DNA from: Candidatus Poribacteria bacterium
GTDB taxonomy: Bacteria > Poribacteria > WGA-4E > GCA-2687025
Assembly (NCBI GenBank): GCA_963665845.2
Contig: OY762492.1
Span: 1,984,001-2,048,000 of the forward strand
DNA: 64,000 nt
Direction of reading: 5' to 3'
Position numbers and translations under genes: made by a program. The notes beneath the pieces were generated by a model. It ran no database searches, was not told the DNA's origin, and was given only the letters and a program-made list of their open reading frames with translations. Shown here in pieces: positions 49,871 to 59,153 of the stretch (position 1 is the first letter of the stretch; every line of letters starts with the position of its first letter).

Positions 49871-51797
49871 GGCTGTTCCGGTCGGGGACGACCCATAAGA
49901 GGAGCGTTCCGTCGCCGCTTGTACTGGCGAGCGTCTTGCCGTCCGGCGAAAAGCCTACCCAGTTCACGTCGCCCGTATGCCCCTCAAAGGTGTAGAGAAG
50001 CGCGCCGTCCCTGCTCCATACCCGAACGGCGTTGTCCTTGCTTCCGCTGGCGATCATCGTACCGTCAGGGGAATACGCCGCCGACATGACCGCCTCTTTA
50101 TGTTTAAGCGTCTGAAGCAGCTTGCCCGTCTCGGCGTCGTATATCCGAACCGCCCCGTCTTCAAATGCGGCGGCGAATGTCGCTGGTGTAGAACGCCTGT
50201 CCGGCGAATAGACCGCCGAATGAATGCCGCTCGCGTGTTTGAACGTTTTGAGCAGATCGCCGGCGTCGGCGCTCCATAGGCGTATCGTCTTGTCCCGCCC
50301 GGCGCTGAGGATCGTTTTTCCGTCCGGCGAATAGACCGCCGACACGACCGCGTCCGTATGTCCAGTAAGCGTTTTGAGAGGCGCGCCTGTTCCTGCGTCC
50401 CATGTCCGTATCGTACGGTCGGCGCCGGCGGATACGACCGCAATTGCGTTTGGGGAAAACGACAGATGCTCAATTGCCTCCGTATGCCCTTTGAGACTAA
50501 GTATCGACTCCCCTGTCGCTGCGTTTCCCAGCTCAATGGAATGGCTTGTTGTCGCCCAGACAGCCATCGTTCCGTCCGGCGAATACGCGAAACATTTTTC
50601 TGACGCGCGCGCAAAGTGACTGTCGAGACGATTTCCGGCGCGGAGGTCCCACATATACAGAAGCCCAAAATATGGGAGGATGATCTTTGTTCCGTCCGGC
50701 GAAAGCGCGGCGAACTCAAAGCCGCCGGTATGCCCCTCAATTTCATGAACAAGCGCGCGTATCTCGATGTTCCAAATGCAAATAGACCCCAAGAATTCCA
50801 AACCTGCAATGAAATGTCCGTCAGGAGAAAAAGCGAACTGGAGGAAACTGGCATCGAACGGCTGGAGAGGCGATCCATAGGCGGCGCTCCACATCCGCAG
50901 ACGTTCTCCGGCGCCGGCAAGAATACGACCGTCCGGCGAAAACGCCACCGAATGGTTCCAACGCGCCCCTAGAATATTGAGAAGCGCGCCTCCCCCGCCG
51001 ATAGACTCGGCGTTCCAGATACGCGCGGCATTGATGTCGCTGCTGGCGATCCTCTTTCCGTCCGGCGAATACGCGACCGATTCAACCGCTTCCCGATGCC
51101 CTTTAAATGTATCGAGAAGCGCGCCCGTCTCGGCGCTCCATATTTTGACGGTCTTGTCGCCGCTGCCGCTGGCGATCTTCGTCCCGTCCGGCGAGTAGGC
51201 GATGGCGTTGACCCTGCCCTGATGCCCCTCAAGCGTCTGGATCGGATCGCCCGTCTCGGCGTTCCATATTCGGATCGTCTTGTCGCCGCTGCCGCTGGCG
51301 ATCATCGTTCCGTCCGGCGAATAGGCGACCGCATTGATTATGTCCTGATGCCCTTCAAGCGTCTGGATCGGATCGCCCGTTTCGGCATTCCATATTTTGA
51401 CGGTCTTGTCGCCGCTTCCGCTGACAATTTTTGTCCCGTCCGGCGAATACGCTGCCGAATAGACAGGCTCCTTATGTCCTCGGAGCAGGGCAATCTCTTT
51501 TCCGTAGCGCGCGTCGTAGATCCATACGCCGATGCTTCCGCCGACCGCGATTCGGCGGCTGTCCGGCGAATAAGCGATGGAATGCGCGTAGCCTTTGCCG
51601 ATGCGCATCTTGGCGCCATCGGGAAGACCGAGCGGAGAAACCTGCGGGAAGCTTCCCGGACGAAAGGTAACAGTAATCGACATCAGAGAGTCCTGATAAG
51701 CGGCGCGCCGGATGGAAGACGCCTCAACAGAGACGCAGGCGAAGACGCATGCGCAGAGCCAATAAAGGAGCCGTTTGGCGCCGCTAAGGTTGTTCAT
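49848..51797 (-). CDS. WD40 repeat protein (exported)
   Basis: Many GH...AYSPDG...SGSGDKTVKIW repeats; LGLPDGAKMRIGKG leader; start MNNLSG with AAGGAG SD. Confidence 0.93.
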   Translation of the reverse strand: MNNLSGAKRLLYWLCACVFACVSVEASSIRRAAYQDSLMSITVTFRPGSFPQVSPLGLPDGAKMRIGKGYAHSIAYSPDSRRIAVGGSIGVWIYDARYGKEIALLRGHKEPVYSAAYSPDGTKIVSGSGDKTVKIWNAETGDPIQTLEGHQDIINAVAYSPDGTMIASGSGDKTIRIWNAETGDPIQTLEGHQGRVNAIAYSPDGTKIASGSGDKTVKIWSAETGALLDTFKGHREAVESVAYSPDGKRIASSDINAARIWNAESIGGGGALLNILGARWNHSVAFSPDGRILAGAGERLRMWSAAYGSPLQPFDASFLQFAFSPDGHFIAGLEFLGSICIWNIEIRALVHEIEGHTGGFEFAALSPDGTKIILPYFGLLYMWDLRAGNRLDSHFARASEKCFAYSPDGTMAVWATTSHSIELGNAATGESILSLKGHTEAIEHLSFSPNAIAVVSAGADRTIRTWDAGTGAPLKTLTGHTDAVVSAVYSPDGKTILSAGRDKTIRLWSADAGDLLKTFKHASGIHSAVYSPDRRSTPATFAAAFEDGAVRIYDAETGKLLQTLKHKEAVMSAAYSPDGTMIASGSKDNAVRVWSRDGALLYTFEGHTGDVNWVGFSPDGKTLASTSGDGTLLLWVVPDRNSPASSDSP

Positions 51798-51824
51798 GTG
51801 TTCTCCTTGCCATGCCGCATTGTT

Positions 51825-51854
51825 ATCGTAACACGGCGCCGGGCGGGGCGTCAA
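51825..51854 (-). promoter_or_regulatory. Putative sigma70 promoter of WD40 gene
   Basis: TTGACG-18 bp-TACGAT with TGn extension. Confidence 0.4.
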
Positions 51855-51864
51855 GACTGCAGAG

Positions 51865-51990
51865 CTGACCTTACGTCTTAAGTTGGGACATGTCGGCATT
51901 CGAACGCGGGCGTCGCTGTCGGCGCCTCTGGATTCCCGCTTGCGCGGGAATGACAAGAGGGGATGCGGGAATGACGGCTTGGTTGGCGGC
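51865..51990. repeat. Family A MITE half
   Basis: CTGACCTTACGTCTTAAGTTGGGACAT followed by palindrome. Confidence 0.75.
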
Positions 51991-52048
51991 GCCTTGCGTC
52001 AGCGGCGTCGGCGGGGTATCGTTACCGCAACGCGCGGAGGAAAGGCGC

Positions 52049-52897
52049 ATGAAAATGAAAACGCTGGCAGGTTTGTCGATCAGTTTGCTGTTGTCGTTCG
52101 CCTGGGGCTGTTCAGGGGGAAAGGGGCAGATCGTCTTGAACGAGAGGTCGGGCGGAGCGGCGATGTCCGAGGAGGCCGCGCTGACGCTGCCGGCAGAGCT
52201 GCGTTCGTCCGCATCCTTGCTCACGGCGCTGTATGTGGACGGCAACCGCGTCGATTACGAGGGTCTTGCCGCGTCGGAAGAGTTTGCCGAATACCGCCGG
52301 CTCGCGCAGTCGCTGAACGATTTCGACCTCTCGCTGCTCACGACGCGCGGAGAGAAACTGGCGTTCTGGATCAACCTATACAACGCGGCGATCCTGCATG
52401 CAACGCTGGAGTCGGGCGTTGAGGAGAGCGTGCGGGAGCAGGCGGATTTTTTTGACCGCTACGCATACCGCGTCGGCGGGTTGACCTTCACGCCGAACCA
52501 GATTGAGCATGGCGTTCTGCGGGGAGTTCTGGAAGCGTCGGACCCGCGGGCGGCGCATGCGGTCTTGCCGATAGAGCCGCGCCTGCATTTTGCGTTGAAC
52601 TGCGCCTCCAAGAGCTGCCCGCCCATCCATGTTTATACGGCGGAGCAGATCGAGTCGCAGCTGGATTTGGCGACCCGCTTCTTTTTAAATCAGGAGACCG
52701 AGGCGCGGGTGGACATAGCGAACAATGCGGTCTATTTGACGCGGCTCTTCGACTGGTATGCCGCAGATTTTGAGGAAGGCGTCATCCCGTTCCTGTTGAG
52801 GCATCTGGACGACAGCCCCCAGCGCGACTATCTTGAGAAGCGCGGCGGCGTCATCGACATACGGTACAACGATTACGATTGGAGTTTGAACCGCTAA
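52049..52897 (+). CDS. DUF547 domain lipoprotein
   Basis: Lipobox AWGC; VDYEGL, LAFWINLYNA, EPRLHFALNCASKSCP, FDWY, YDWSLN. Confidence 0.88.
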   Translation: MKMKTLAGLSISLLLSFAWGCSGGKGQIVLNERSGGAAMSEEAALTLPAELRSSASLLTALYVDGNRVDYEGLAASEEFAEYRRLAQSLNDFDLSLLTTRGEKLAFWINLYNAAILHATLESGVEESVREQADFFDRYAYRVGGLTFTPNQIEHGVLRGVLEASDPRAAHAVLPIEPRLHFALNCASKSCPPIHVYTAEQIESQLDLATRFFLNQETEARVDIANNAVYLTRLFDWYAADFEEGVIPFLLRHLDDSPQRDYLEKRGGVIDIRYNDYDWSLNR

Positions 52898-52921
52898 ACC
52901 TGACGTTGACGCTTGAGTTAT

Positions 52922-53094
52922 CTGACCTTACGTCTTTAGCTGAGACATGCCGGCGGGCGAACGCGGACGGTTTCTGCGGCGCCTCTAGATTCCCGCTTAC
53001 GCGGGAATGCATGTCCTCGCGGAAGCGGGGGACGGTCTGGTTGGCGGCGCCTTTCTCCCATGAATAGATCATTCGTCGGTTCAGATGAGGTTGG
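52922..53094. mobile_element. Degenerate family A MITE copy
   Basis: CTGACCTTACGTCTTTAGCTGAGACAT end, palindrome, CCCATGAATAGA segment. Confidence 0.65.
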
Positions 53095-53095
53095 G

Positions 53096-53986
53096 CTAAC
53101 CGCCCAAGCCCTTCAACCTGCGCCATGTGTGGATCTCTTCGAACCCGCCCAGCTCCAAGTCAGTGATGAACAGCTCCCCGTCCCATGTAAAATTCAGGTT
53201 GGAATCGACATCGTGTCCGTCGTTGTCGATGATCATGACCCCTTCGTCCACTTTGATGTCGGTGATGGTTCCAGACAGCGTGATGTCGATGTCCTGTATC
53301 GTCAACTTCTGGACGATTCGCCCCTTCGCCGAAATGGTCATGCTGCCTTCAATCGTCGGCGGTCTAAGCGTTATTTCGTCTCCGTCGGGAAACGTAACCT
53401 CCGCCTTGACGAATTCGTACTCGCCGACCAGTTCCGCCAACAGCTGCCCTGCGGGAGAGTCAGGATCGATGCTGGTTTCGCCGACGGAGGGTCCGCCGCC
53501 TCCCCCTCCTCCTCCGCCATTTCCGCTCGGTCTAGCGAACAGCTGATTCAGCTCCGTCAAGGAAGTGGAGCTTTTTTCAATGAGCGGGTCCGCCGTTTCC
53601 CGTAGATCAAGATCCGCCTGCGCCAGCTGATCGCCGCCGTTTTGAACCCACACTTCTGGGTACTGCTCTGCGATGTCGTTCAGCTTGTCCCAGGCGGCGT
53701 TGTAATCGATATAAGCCCGTTTGAGATTGGAGACGGCTCTTTGAAGCCCCTGCGCCGCCCCTTTAACGTCGCCGCGCGCTCCCAAATTCAGCGCCAGCAG
53801 CGCCTTGTTATGCTCCGACTGAACCAGCTCAATCGCCGCTTCAAGCGCGGCGCGCATTTTGACCGCCTCATCCCGCGCGTTTTCAAACGCTGTTTGCGCG
53901 TCCTCCGTCTCCTCCCCGCAGCCGACGATTCCCATCAACAGCAAGAGGGGCAAAGCCCAGGCAACAGCTTTCATGCGACTCTTCAT
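53096..53986 (-). CDS. Lipoprotein with helical N-domain, poly-Gly linker and beta-rich C-domain
   Basis: Lipobox IVGC; GNGGGGGGGGGP linker; start uncertain (53998, 53986 or 53974). Confidence 0.7.
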   Translation of the reverse strand: MKSRMKAVAWALPLLLLMGIVGCGEETEDAQTAFENARDEAVKMRAALEAAIELVQSEHNKALLALNLGARGDVKGAAQGLQRAVSNLKRAYIDYNAAWDKLNDIAEQYPEVWVQNGGDQLAQADLDLRETADPLIEKSSTSLTELNQLFARPSGNGGGGGGGGGPSVGETSIDPDSPAGQLLAELVGEYEFVKAEVTFPDGDEITLRPPTIEGSMTISAKGRIVQKLTIQDIDITLSGTITDIKVDEGVMIIDNDGHDVDSNLNFTWDGELFITDLELGGFEEIHTWRRLKGLGG

Positions 53987-54031
53987 GCGGTTCCTCATCT
54001 CATTCTCTTTCGGCTCACATCGTTCGATGCG

Positions 54032-54934
54032 TCAACCGCGCTTGGCGCCGGCTCCGTGCGCGATCGGGTTGTCGCCGACCCATCGGTGGTCGGCAGGCTC
54101 GGAGGCGAGCTGGTAGCGCGTGTCGGACGAAAGCCGTATGCGGTTGACCGGCGAGCGGTTGTCCATGGAGCAGTGCATCGTCCACATGCCGAAAACGAGC
54201 ATATCGCCTGTGCGGAAGCCGCCTTCGCCCGCCGTGAGCCACCTTCCGCCGACCTTCTCCTGAACCTCCAGCGGGTTCTTGGTGAACCATCCGCCCCACG
54301 GGTTCGGCTTGCTGCGGTCGTCCACATCGCTGGCGCCGTAGGTGTTCACCAGCTCCTCGTCCTTGTGCGAGTTTTCAAGGATGCAGAGCGCGCCGTCGCT
54401 GTAAGGAACGTCCCCGATCGGTATCCAGCTGGTGTACAGCTTTTTGGTGCCGCGCCCCATATAGACCCAGTCGTAGTGGCAGCCGGTCGCCGCGCCGACG
54501 CGGACGGCGCGCAGCCAGATGAAGTCGAACGGGCGCACCTCGTCGCCAAAGAAGTTTTCGTAGAACTCGATCACCTTTCCGCCGTGGACGAGCGCGCGGA
54601 TCTTTTCTCCGAGGCGCAGCTGCTGCGCGAAGTTTTGCGCAGAAACGCCGGCGCGGTTGGAGCGCCCTGAAAAAATCGCCTCCATGAGCGGATAATCGCG
54701 GTCGATCTCTTCGACCGAATCCAGCTTTTCAAGCAGTTCCCGCCGCGCGTCCAGGACAACCTGCTTGTCCAGTATGCCGCGCATGAAAAGGTAGCCGTCC
54801 TGCTTCATGCGCTCCTGAAGGGCGTCTCGGTCATGCGCGATCTCCTGCGATTCGCGCAGCCAGCCGAACTTGTCGGGGCTTCGGTCGAAGGCGACGCCGT
54901 GAGAGGTGAAGGTCTGCTCTTGGTCTGCGCTCAT
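54032..54934 (-). CDS. Phytanoyl-CoA dioxygenase (PhyH) family protein
   Basis: DGYL, HYD, WIPIGD, GDMLVF..TMHCS, RLSSDTRYQ. Confidence 0.88.
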   Translation of the reverse strand: MSADQEQTFTSHGVAFDRSPDKFGWLRESQEIAHDRDALQERMKQDGYLFMRGILDKQVVLDARRELLEKLDSVEEIDRDYPLMEAIFSGRSNRAGVSAQNFAQQLRLGEKIRALVHGGKVIEFYENFFGDEVRPFDFIWLRAVRVGAATGCHYDWVYMGRGTKKLYTSWIPIGDVPYSDGALCILENSHKDEELVNTYGASDVDDRSKPNPWGGWFTKNPLEVQEKVGGRWLTAGEGGFRTGDMLVFGMWTMHCSMDNRSPVNRIRLSSDTRYQLASEPADHRWVGDNPIAHGAGAKRG

Positions 54935-54987
54935 TGCTTTCTCCGTTGCTTGTTCGTTCGCGCCAGTTTTTGAAACGGGCGATGGGC

Positions 54988-55524
54988 TTAAAGCCGCATC
55001 GCCCGTATATTTCGGAATTTCACAGGTCCATGGTCGCCCTGCAGAAAATGCGGACCGGTCAGTCCGTTGTCGTTCCAGAGCCAGTTGGAGCCTGTCGGTC
55101 CGGTGAGCGGAACGCGGTCATGGATGAGAACGCCGTTCAGCCGAACGGTCAGCTCATGCCTGAACATGAGAATGTCGAGTGTCTGCCAGTTCCACGCGGG
55201 TTTGGTGACCTCAACGTCCGGCGCCTTGACGCGGTAGAGCGCGCCGTTCATGGCGGGATGGTCGTACGTTTTGCCGTAGCTGTCCAGCATCTGTATCTCG
55301 TACCGCCCCCGCAGGTAGATTCCGCTGTTGCTGTTGGCAGGCATCAGATACTCGAGTTTCAGGGCGCAGTCGCCGAAGGTTTCTTCGGTGATCAGATCAA
55401 CGCCGCTTCCGGTGTTTTCGAGTATGCCGTTTCGCACAACCCATCGGCTGGGGCGGCTGCGCTTGCGTCGGCGCAGTTTCCATCCTGTCAGATCGATTCC
55501 GTTGAAGAGCGGTTTCCATGACAT
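54988..55524 (-). CDS. DUF1080 (3-keto-disaccharide hydrolase-like) protein
   Basis: LFNGIDLTGW, NSGIYLRG, YEIQ, LQGDHG, FRNI. Confidence 0.88.
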   Translation of the reverse strand: MSWKPLFNGIDLTGWKLRRRKRSRPSRWVVRNGILENTGSGVDLITEETFGDCALKLEYLMPANSNSGIYLRGRYEIQMLDSYGKTYDHPAMNGALYRVKAPDVEVTKPAWNWQTLDILMFRHELTVRLNGVLIHDRVPLTGPTGSNWLWNDNGLTGPHFLQGDHGPVKFRNIRAMRL

Positions 55525-55547
55525 GAGCGTCGTTCCTGTTCTTTTCT

Positions 55548-56909
55548 TTAAAAGGTGCTGCGCTTGTTCGTGATCGGACACCAGCGCGACGCCATCAGAA
55601 AGTCGAGCGCGGCGGCGTTCGCTTTCGGCGTTCCGATCCCCGCGAGCGCATGCATGCTGTTCGCCCGCACATACCGGTTGCCGTCGTTCAACGCTTCCTG
55701 CAGCGCGTCTTCCGCCGGCCGCGCGTTCGGGCCGAGGCGCATGAGCGCATGGCTCGCGACTCGGCGCGCATTGGCGTCCGGGTCGGTCAGAAGGGTCGCA
55801 ATCGGCTTCGCGGCGTCCAGCGTCTTCTGTCCGGCGATGCCGAGCGCTTCGACGGCGGCGCGGCGGACGCCTGCGTCCTCGTCTGCCGTCAGCTCCGACA
55901 GCATCGGGACAGCTTCCGCGGCCGGCAAGCCAATGTCGCCAAGCGATTCAAGGGCGAAACGGCGCGTCTGCGGATTTGGGTCTGTCAGCTCGCGGATGAG
56001 CGGCTGAACAGCCGGCTTGCCGACGGCGACGATGCCGTAGCTCGCGTTTCGCGCCACATATTCCGAGCCGTTTTTCATGGCGTCAAGGAGCGGCTGAATC
56101 GCGGCTTCGCCCGCTTCGCCCAAACCGTAGGCGGCGTCGAAGGCGGTCGTTTCATCTTCGTCCGACAGCTGTTCAATCCAGTCGGCGATCTGCTCGTCCG
56201 AGGCGGATTTCAGCGTCGGGCTGTTGCCGCAGTGCCAGTTCCAGACGCTTCGGTACATGCGGTTCCGCCCCTGGATCGGCAGGCCGTTCTCTTCTGGGAA
56301 GTCGCGCGAGTCGCAGTCCCAGTCGGGGCTTGTCGGCTCGTTCAGGCGCGTGAAGAGAAACTTCTGCATATACCGCACCATTTCGCCTTTGTTCGGCATG
56401 CCGCGGTGCCACAGGTCGTAATGTACAATGACGACCGTACCCGCCTCGCCGGTGAGCGCATGTTCGTCGCGCGGGGGGCGGTTGTTGTCGGCATGGGAGC
56501 CTGGGACGATGCCGGTCGGTCCCAGTTCAACGGGGGTGTCCTGCGGATAGTAGAACGCCATGCCCCATCGAACGCGGTGGCGGCGCAGGTTCCAGCTGTC
56601 CTTGTGAAGCCCCTGTCCGGGGCTGCCCGGCGGGTTCACATGGCAGTGTCGGTGCGGGTGCATGTAGTATCCGCCGCCGAGGACGCTCTGAAGCGCGCCG
56701 TCGATGGTCGGATGGTCGAAGATCTGTTTCAGTTCGGGGACGCTTGGGAGGACGTTGTTGCCGGGGTTGCCCCCGTCTTCAAAGACCTGCCGCGTCTTGT
56801 CGTAGATTCTCTGGTGGAACTCTTTCGGGAAGTCCGCCTTGAGAGAGATGAATCCGTTCGCGATGAACTCGCGCATCTGCGCGTCGTTGAGCAGTTTGGG
56901 CTGGGACAT
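55548..56909 (-). CDS. PhyH-family dioxygenase fused to HEAT repeats
   Basis: HKD, GPTGIVPGSH, HYDLWHRG; C-terminal HEAT repeats (VRRAAVEALG). Confidence 0.85.
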   Translation of the reverse strand: MSQPKLLNDAQMREFIANGFISLKADFPKEFHQRIYDKTRQVFEDGGNPGNNVLPSVPELKQIFDHPTIDGALQSVLGGGYYMHPHRHCHVNPPGSPGQGLHKDSWNLRRHRVRWGMAFYYPQDTPVELGPTGIVPGSHADNNRPPRDEHALTGEAGTVVIVHYDLWHRGMPNKGEMVRYMQKFLFTRLNEPTSPDWDCDSRDFPEENGLPIQGRNRMYRSVWNWHCGNSPTLKSASDEQIADWIEQLSDEDETTAFDAAYGLGEAGEAAIQPLLDAMKNGSEYVARNASYGIVAVGKPAVQPLIRELTDPNPQTRRFALESLGDIGLPAAEAVPMLSELTADEDAGVRRAAVEALGIAGQKTLDAAKPIATLLTDPDANARRVASHALMRLGPNARPAEDALQEALNDGNRYVRANSMHALAGIGTPKANAAALDFLMASRWCPITNKRSTF

Positions 56910-56985
56910 GCGATCGTCCTTTCCGTCTTCCGTGTGCTGTTCAATGCATTATATACGTTTTTGAACGCAAGCGCATCTTTAATCT

Positions 56986-57204
56986 GGCAGTCTCTATAGG
57001 CGATGATGTACGAAAATCCTGTTTGAGGGCGCAGCGAAACCCCCCCAGCCCCCCTTTTCAAGGGGGAATCTAGAAACCCGCGCCTTACCGTCGTCATCGG
57101 GCGGCTGTCATTCCCCCGTAAGCGGGAATCCAGAGTTTTTTCCAGACAGGCTCCGCATTCCAAAACGGACTTCTAAAGTCAAATCATCGCCTGTAGGTAC
57201 TGCC
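56986..57204. mobile_element. MITE family B (IS1595-like ends) with 8-bp TSD TTTAATCT
   Basis: 22-bp TIR GGCAGTCTCTATAGGCGATGAT (19/22 match); TTTAATCT at 56978-56985 and 57205-57212. Confidence 0.85.
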
Positions 57205-57213
57205 TTTAATCTG

Positions 57214-57315
57214 CTGACCTTGCGTCTTAAGTTGGGACATGTCGGAGGGCGGACGCGGACGGCGTCTGCGACGCCTAAGATTCCCGCTTGCGCGGGAATG
57301 ACGGCCTGGTTCGCG
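57214..57315. repeat. Family A MITE half
   Basis: CTGACCTTGCGTCTTAAGTTGGGACAT followed by palindrome. Confidence 0.75.
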
Positions 57316-57398
57316 GCGCGCGGGAAATAAAAATTGGCAGTTGCGGGGCGTCTTGAGTTATACTTGAGAATCGCGGTACAAATGTAAGGAGAGCCGAG

Positions 57399-57605
57399 AT
57401 GGGCAAGATGAAAACGCACAAAGGAACGGCAAAGCGGGTTCGTTCCACAGGCAAGGGCAAATTCAAGCGTTCCCGCGCCTGCAACAACCATTATTTTGAG
57501 CGGAAGACCTCCGCGCAGAAACGCCGGCTGGACCAGCCCGCGTATGTCCACAAAGCGGACCGGAAGCGCATTTCCAAACTTCTGCCTTACGGAACCCCGA
57601 CTTAA
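57399..57605 (+). CDS. rpmI: 50S ribosomal protein L35
   Basis: MGKMKTHKGTAKRV...KRRL...LLPY. Confidence 0.95.
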   Translation: MGKMKTHKGTAKRVRSTGKGKFKRSRACNNHYFERKTSAQKRRLDQPAYVHKADRKRISKLLPYGTPT

Positions 57606-57627
57606 ACCTGTTTTTTGGAGAAGCTGA

Positions 57628-58032
57628 ATGGCGCGCATCAAACGCGGCGTCGCCGCCCGTAAACGCAAAAAAAGTTTCCTGAAACATGCCAAAGGCTACC
57701 GAGGCCGCCGAAAAAATGCGTTCCGACTCGCAAAAGAAGCGGTGGAAAAGGGATGGAATCACGCCTACCGAGACCGCCGCGCCCGAAAACGCGAGTTCCG
57801 AAGGCTATGGATCGTCCGCATCAACGCCGGCGCGCGCCAGAACGGAATGCCGTACAATCGGCTCATGCATGGGCTGAAACAGGCGGGCGTTCAACTGGAT
57901 CGAAAAGCGCTCGCCGACATCGCCGTGAACGACCCTGACGGATTCGCGGCGCTGGTCGAAACGGCGCGCCAAGCGCAAACGCCGGCGCAAGCCTCCCCTC
58001 AAGCGGCGCAGGAGGAAAACGCGGTTGAATAA
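57628..58032 (+). CDS. rplT: 50S ribosomal protein L20
   Basis: [35 protein letters not shown]. Confidence 0.97.
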   Translation: MARIKRGVAARKRKKSFLKHAKGYRGRRKNAFRLAKEAVEKGWNHAYRDRRARKREFRRLWIVRINAGARQNGMPYNRLMHGLKQAGVQLDRKALADIAVNDPDGFAALVETARQAQTPAQASPQAAQEENAVE

Positions 58033-59068
58033 GATCGGTATGCAGGAGCGGGTCGAAGCGCTGAAGGCGGAAGCGTCAACAGCCCTGAAAGAGGCGGAGA
58101 CGACCCAGCAGCTGGAAGATGTCCGCGTCCGTTTTTTAGGCAAAAAAAGCGAGCTGGCGGAGCTTCGCAAAGGCATCGGCGCGCTGGACAAGGCGGAGAG
58201 GCCCGCCGTCGGAAAACTGCTGACCGAACTGCAGCGGCATCTCGCGGGCGGCATGGAAACGCGCCTTGAAGAGATCGGCGCGCAGGAACGCGCGCGGCAG
58301 CTTCAGAATGAAACGATCGACATCACCCTGCCGGGGCGCGCGCCCAGCTTCGGCTCTGAACATCCGATCTCGCAGACGATGCGCCGTATGATCGACATCT
58401 TCAGCGCTCTCGGCTTTGAGACCGTGGAAGGTCCCGAAGTCGAGACGGAGTATTACAACTTTGACGCGCTCAACACCCCCGCGCACCACCCCGCGCGCGA
58501 CATGCATGACACCTTCTACATCGACTGCGGCGGGAAGCCGTATCTGCTGCGGACGCATACCTCCCCTGTGCAGGCGCGCTATATGGAACGGCATAGCCCG
58601 CCGCTGCGGATCGTCGTCCCAGGGCGCGCTTACCGCAGAGACGCCGACCCGACGCACAGCCCGATGTTCCATCAGCTGGAGGGGCTGGCGGTCGGCGAGA
58701 GCGTACGGTTCAGCGACCTGAAAGGCGTTCTGGCTATCTTCGCCCAGGAGATGTTCGGCGCCGAAACGCGCGTACGGTTCCGCCCCTCCTATTTTCCGTT
58801 CACCGAGCCGAGCGCCGAGGTGGATTTCTCATGCTCCTTCTGCGACAAGGACGAAAGCTGCCGCGTCTGCAAAGGAACGGGATGGCTCGAAATTCTGGGC
58901 GCCGGCATGGTTGACCCGGAAGTGTTCAAGGCGGTCGGATACGACTCTGAACGTTATACCGGCTTCGCCTTCGGAATGGGCATCGACCGCCTCGCCATGC
59001 TTAAATACGGCATCCCCGATCTCCGCATTCTTTCTCAAAACGACATGCGCTTTTTAACGCAGTTTTAG
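58025..59068 (+). CDS. pheS: Phenylalanine--tRNA ligase alpha subunit
   Basis: [42 protein letters not shown]. Confidence 0.97.
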   Translation: MNKIGMQERVEALKAEASTALKEAETTQQLEDVRVRFLGKKSELAELRKGIGALDKAERPAVGKLLTELQRHLAGGMETRLEEIGAQERARQLQNETIDITLPGRAPSFGSEHPISQTMRRMIDIFSALGFETVEGPEVETEYYNFDALNTPAHHPARDMHDTFYIDCGGKPYLLRTHTSPVQARYMERHSPPLRIVVPGRAYRRDADPTHSPMFHQLEGLAVGESVRFSDLKGVLAIFAQEMFGAETRVRFRPSYFPFTEPSAEVDFSCSFCDKDESCRVCKGTGWLEILGAGMVDPEVFKAVGYDSERYTGFAFGMGIDRLAMLKYGIPDLRILSQNDMRFLTQF

Positions 59069-59153
59069 CGGGAATCTTATCTGTCATTCCCGCGTAAGCG
59101 GGAATCTTAGCCGCCTCAAACCCCATTGCCGCCAACAATTCGGTTTGAGCGCG

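Noticed and set aside
51140-51470. Near-identical 126-bp DNA repeats
   Set aside because: Explained by recent WD40 repeat duplication inside the gene, which is common in this family
51798-52048. N-terminal extensions of the WD40 and DUF547 ORFs (and of 60582-62120)
   Set aside because: They are translations of the palindrome/MITE (SFPRKRES, IPACAGMT, RHSRVSGN); better starts with signal peptides lie downstream
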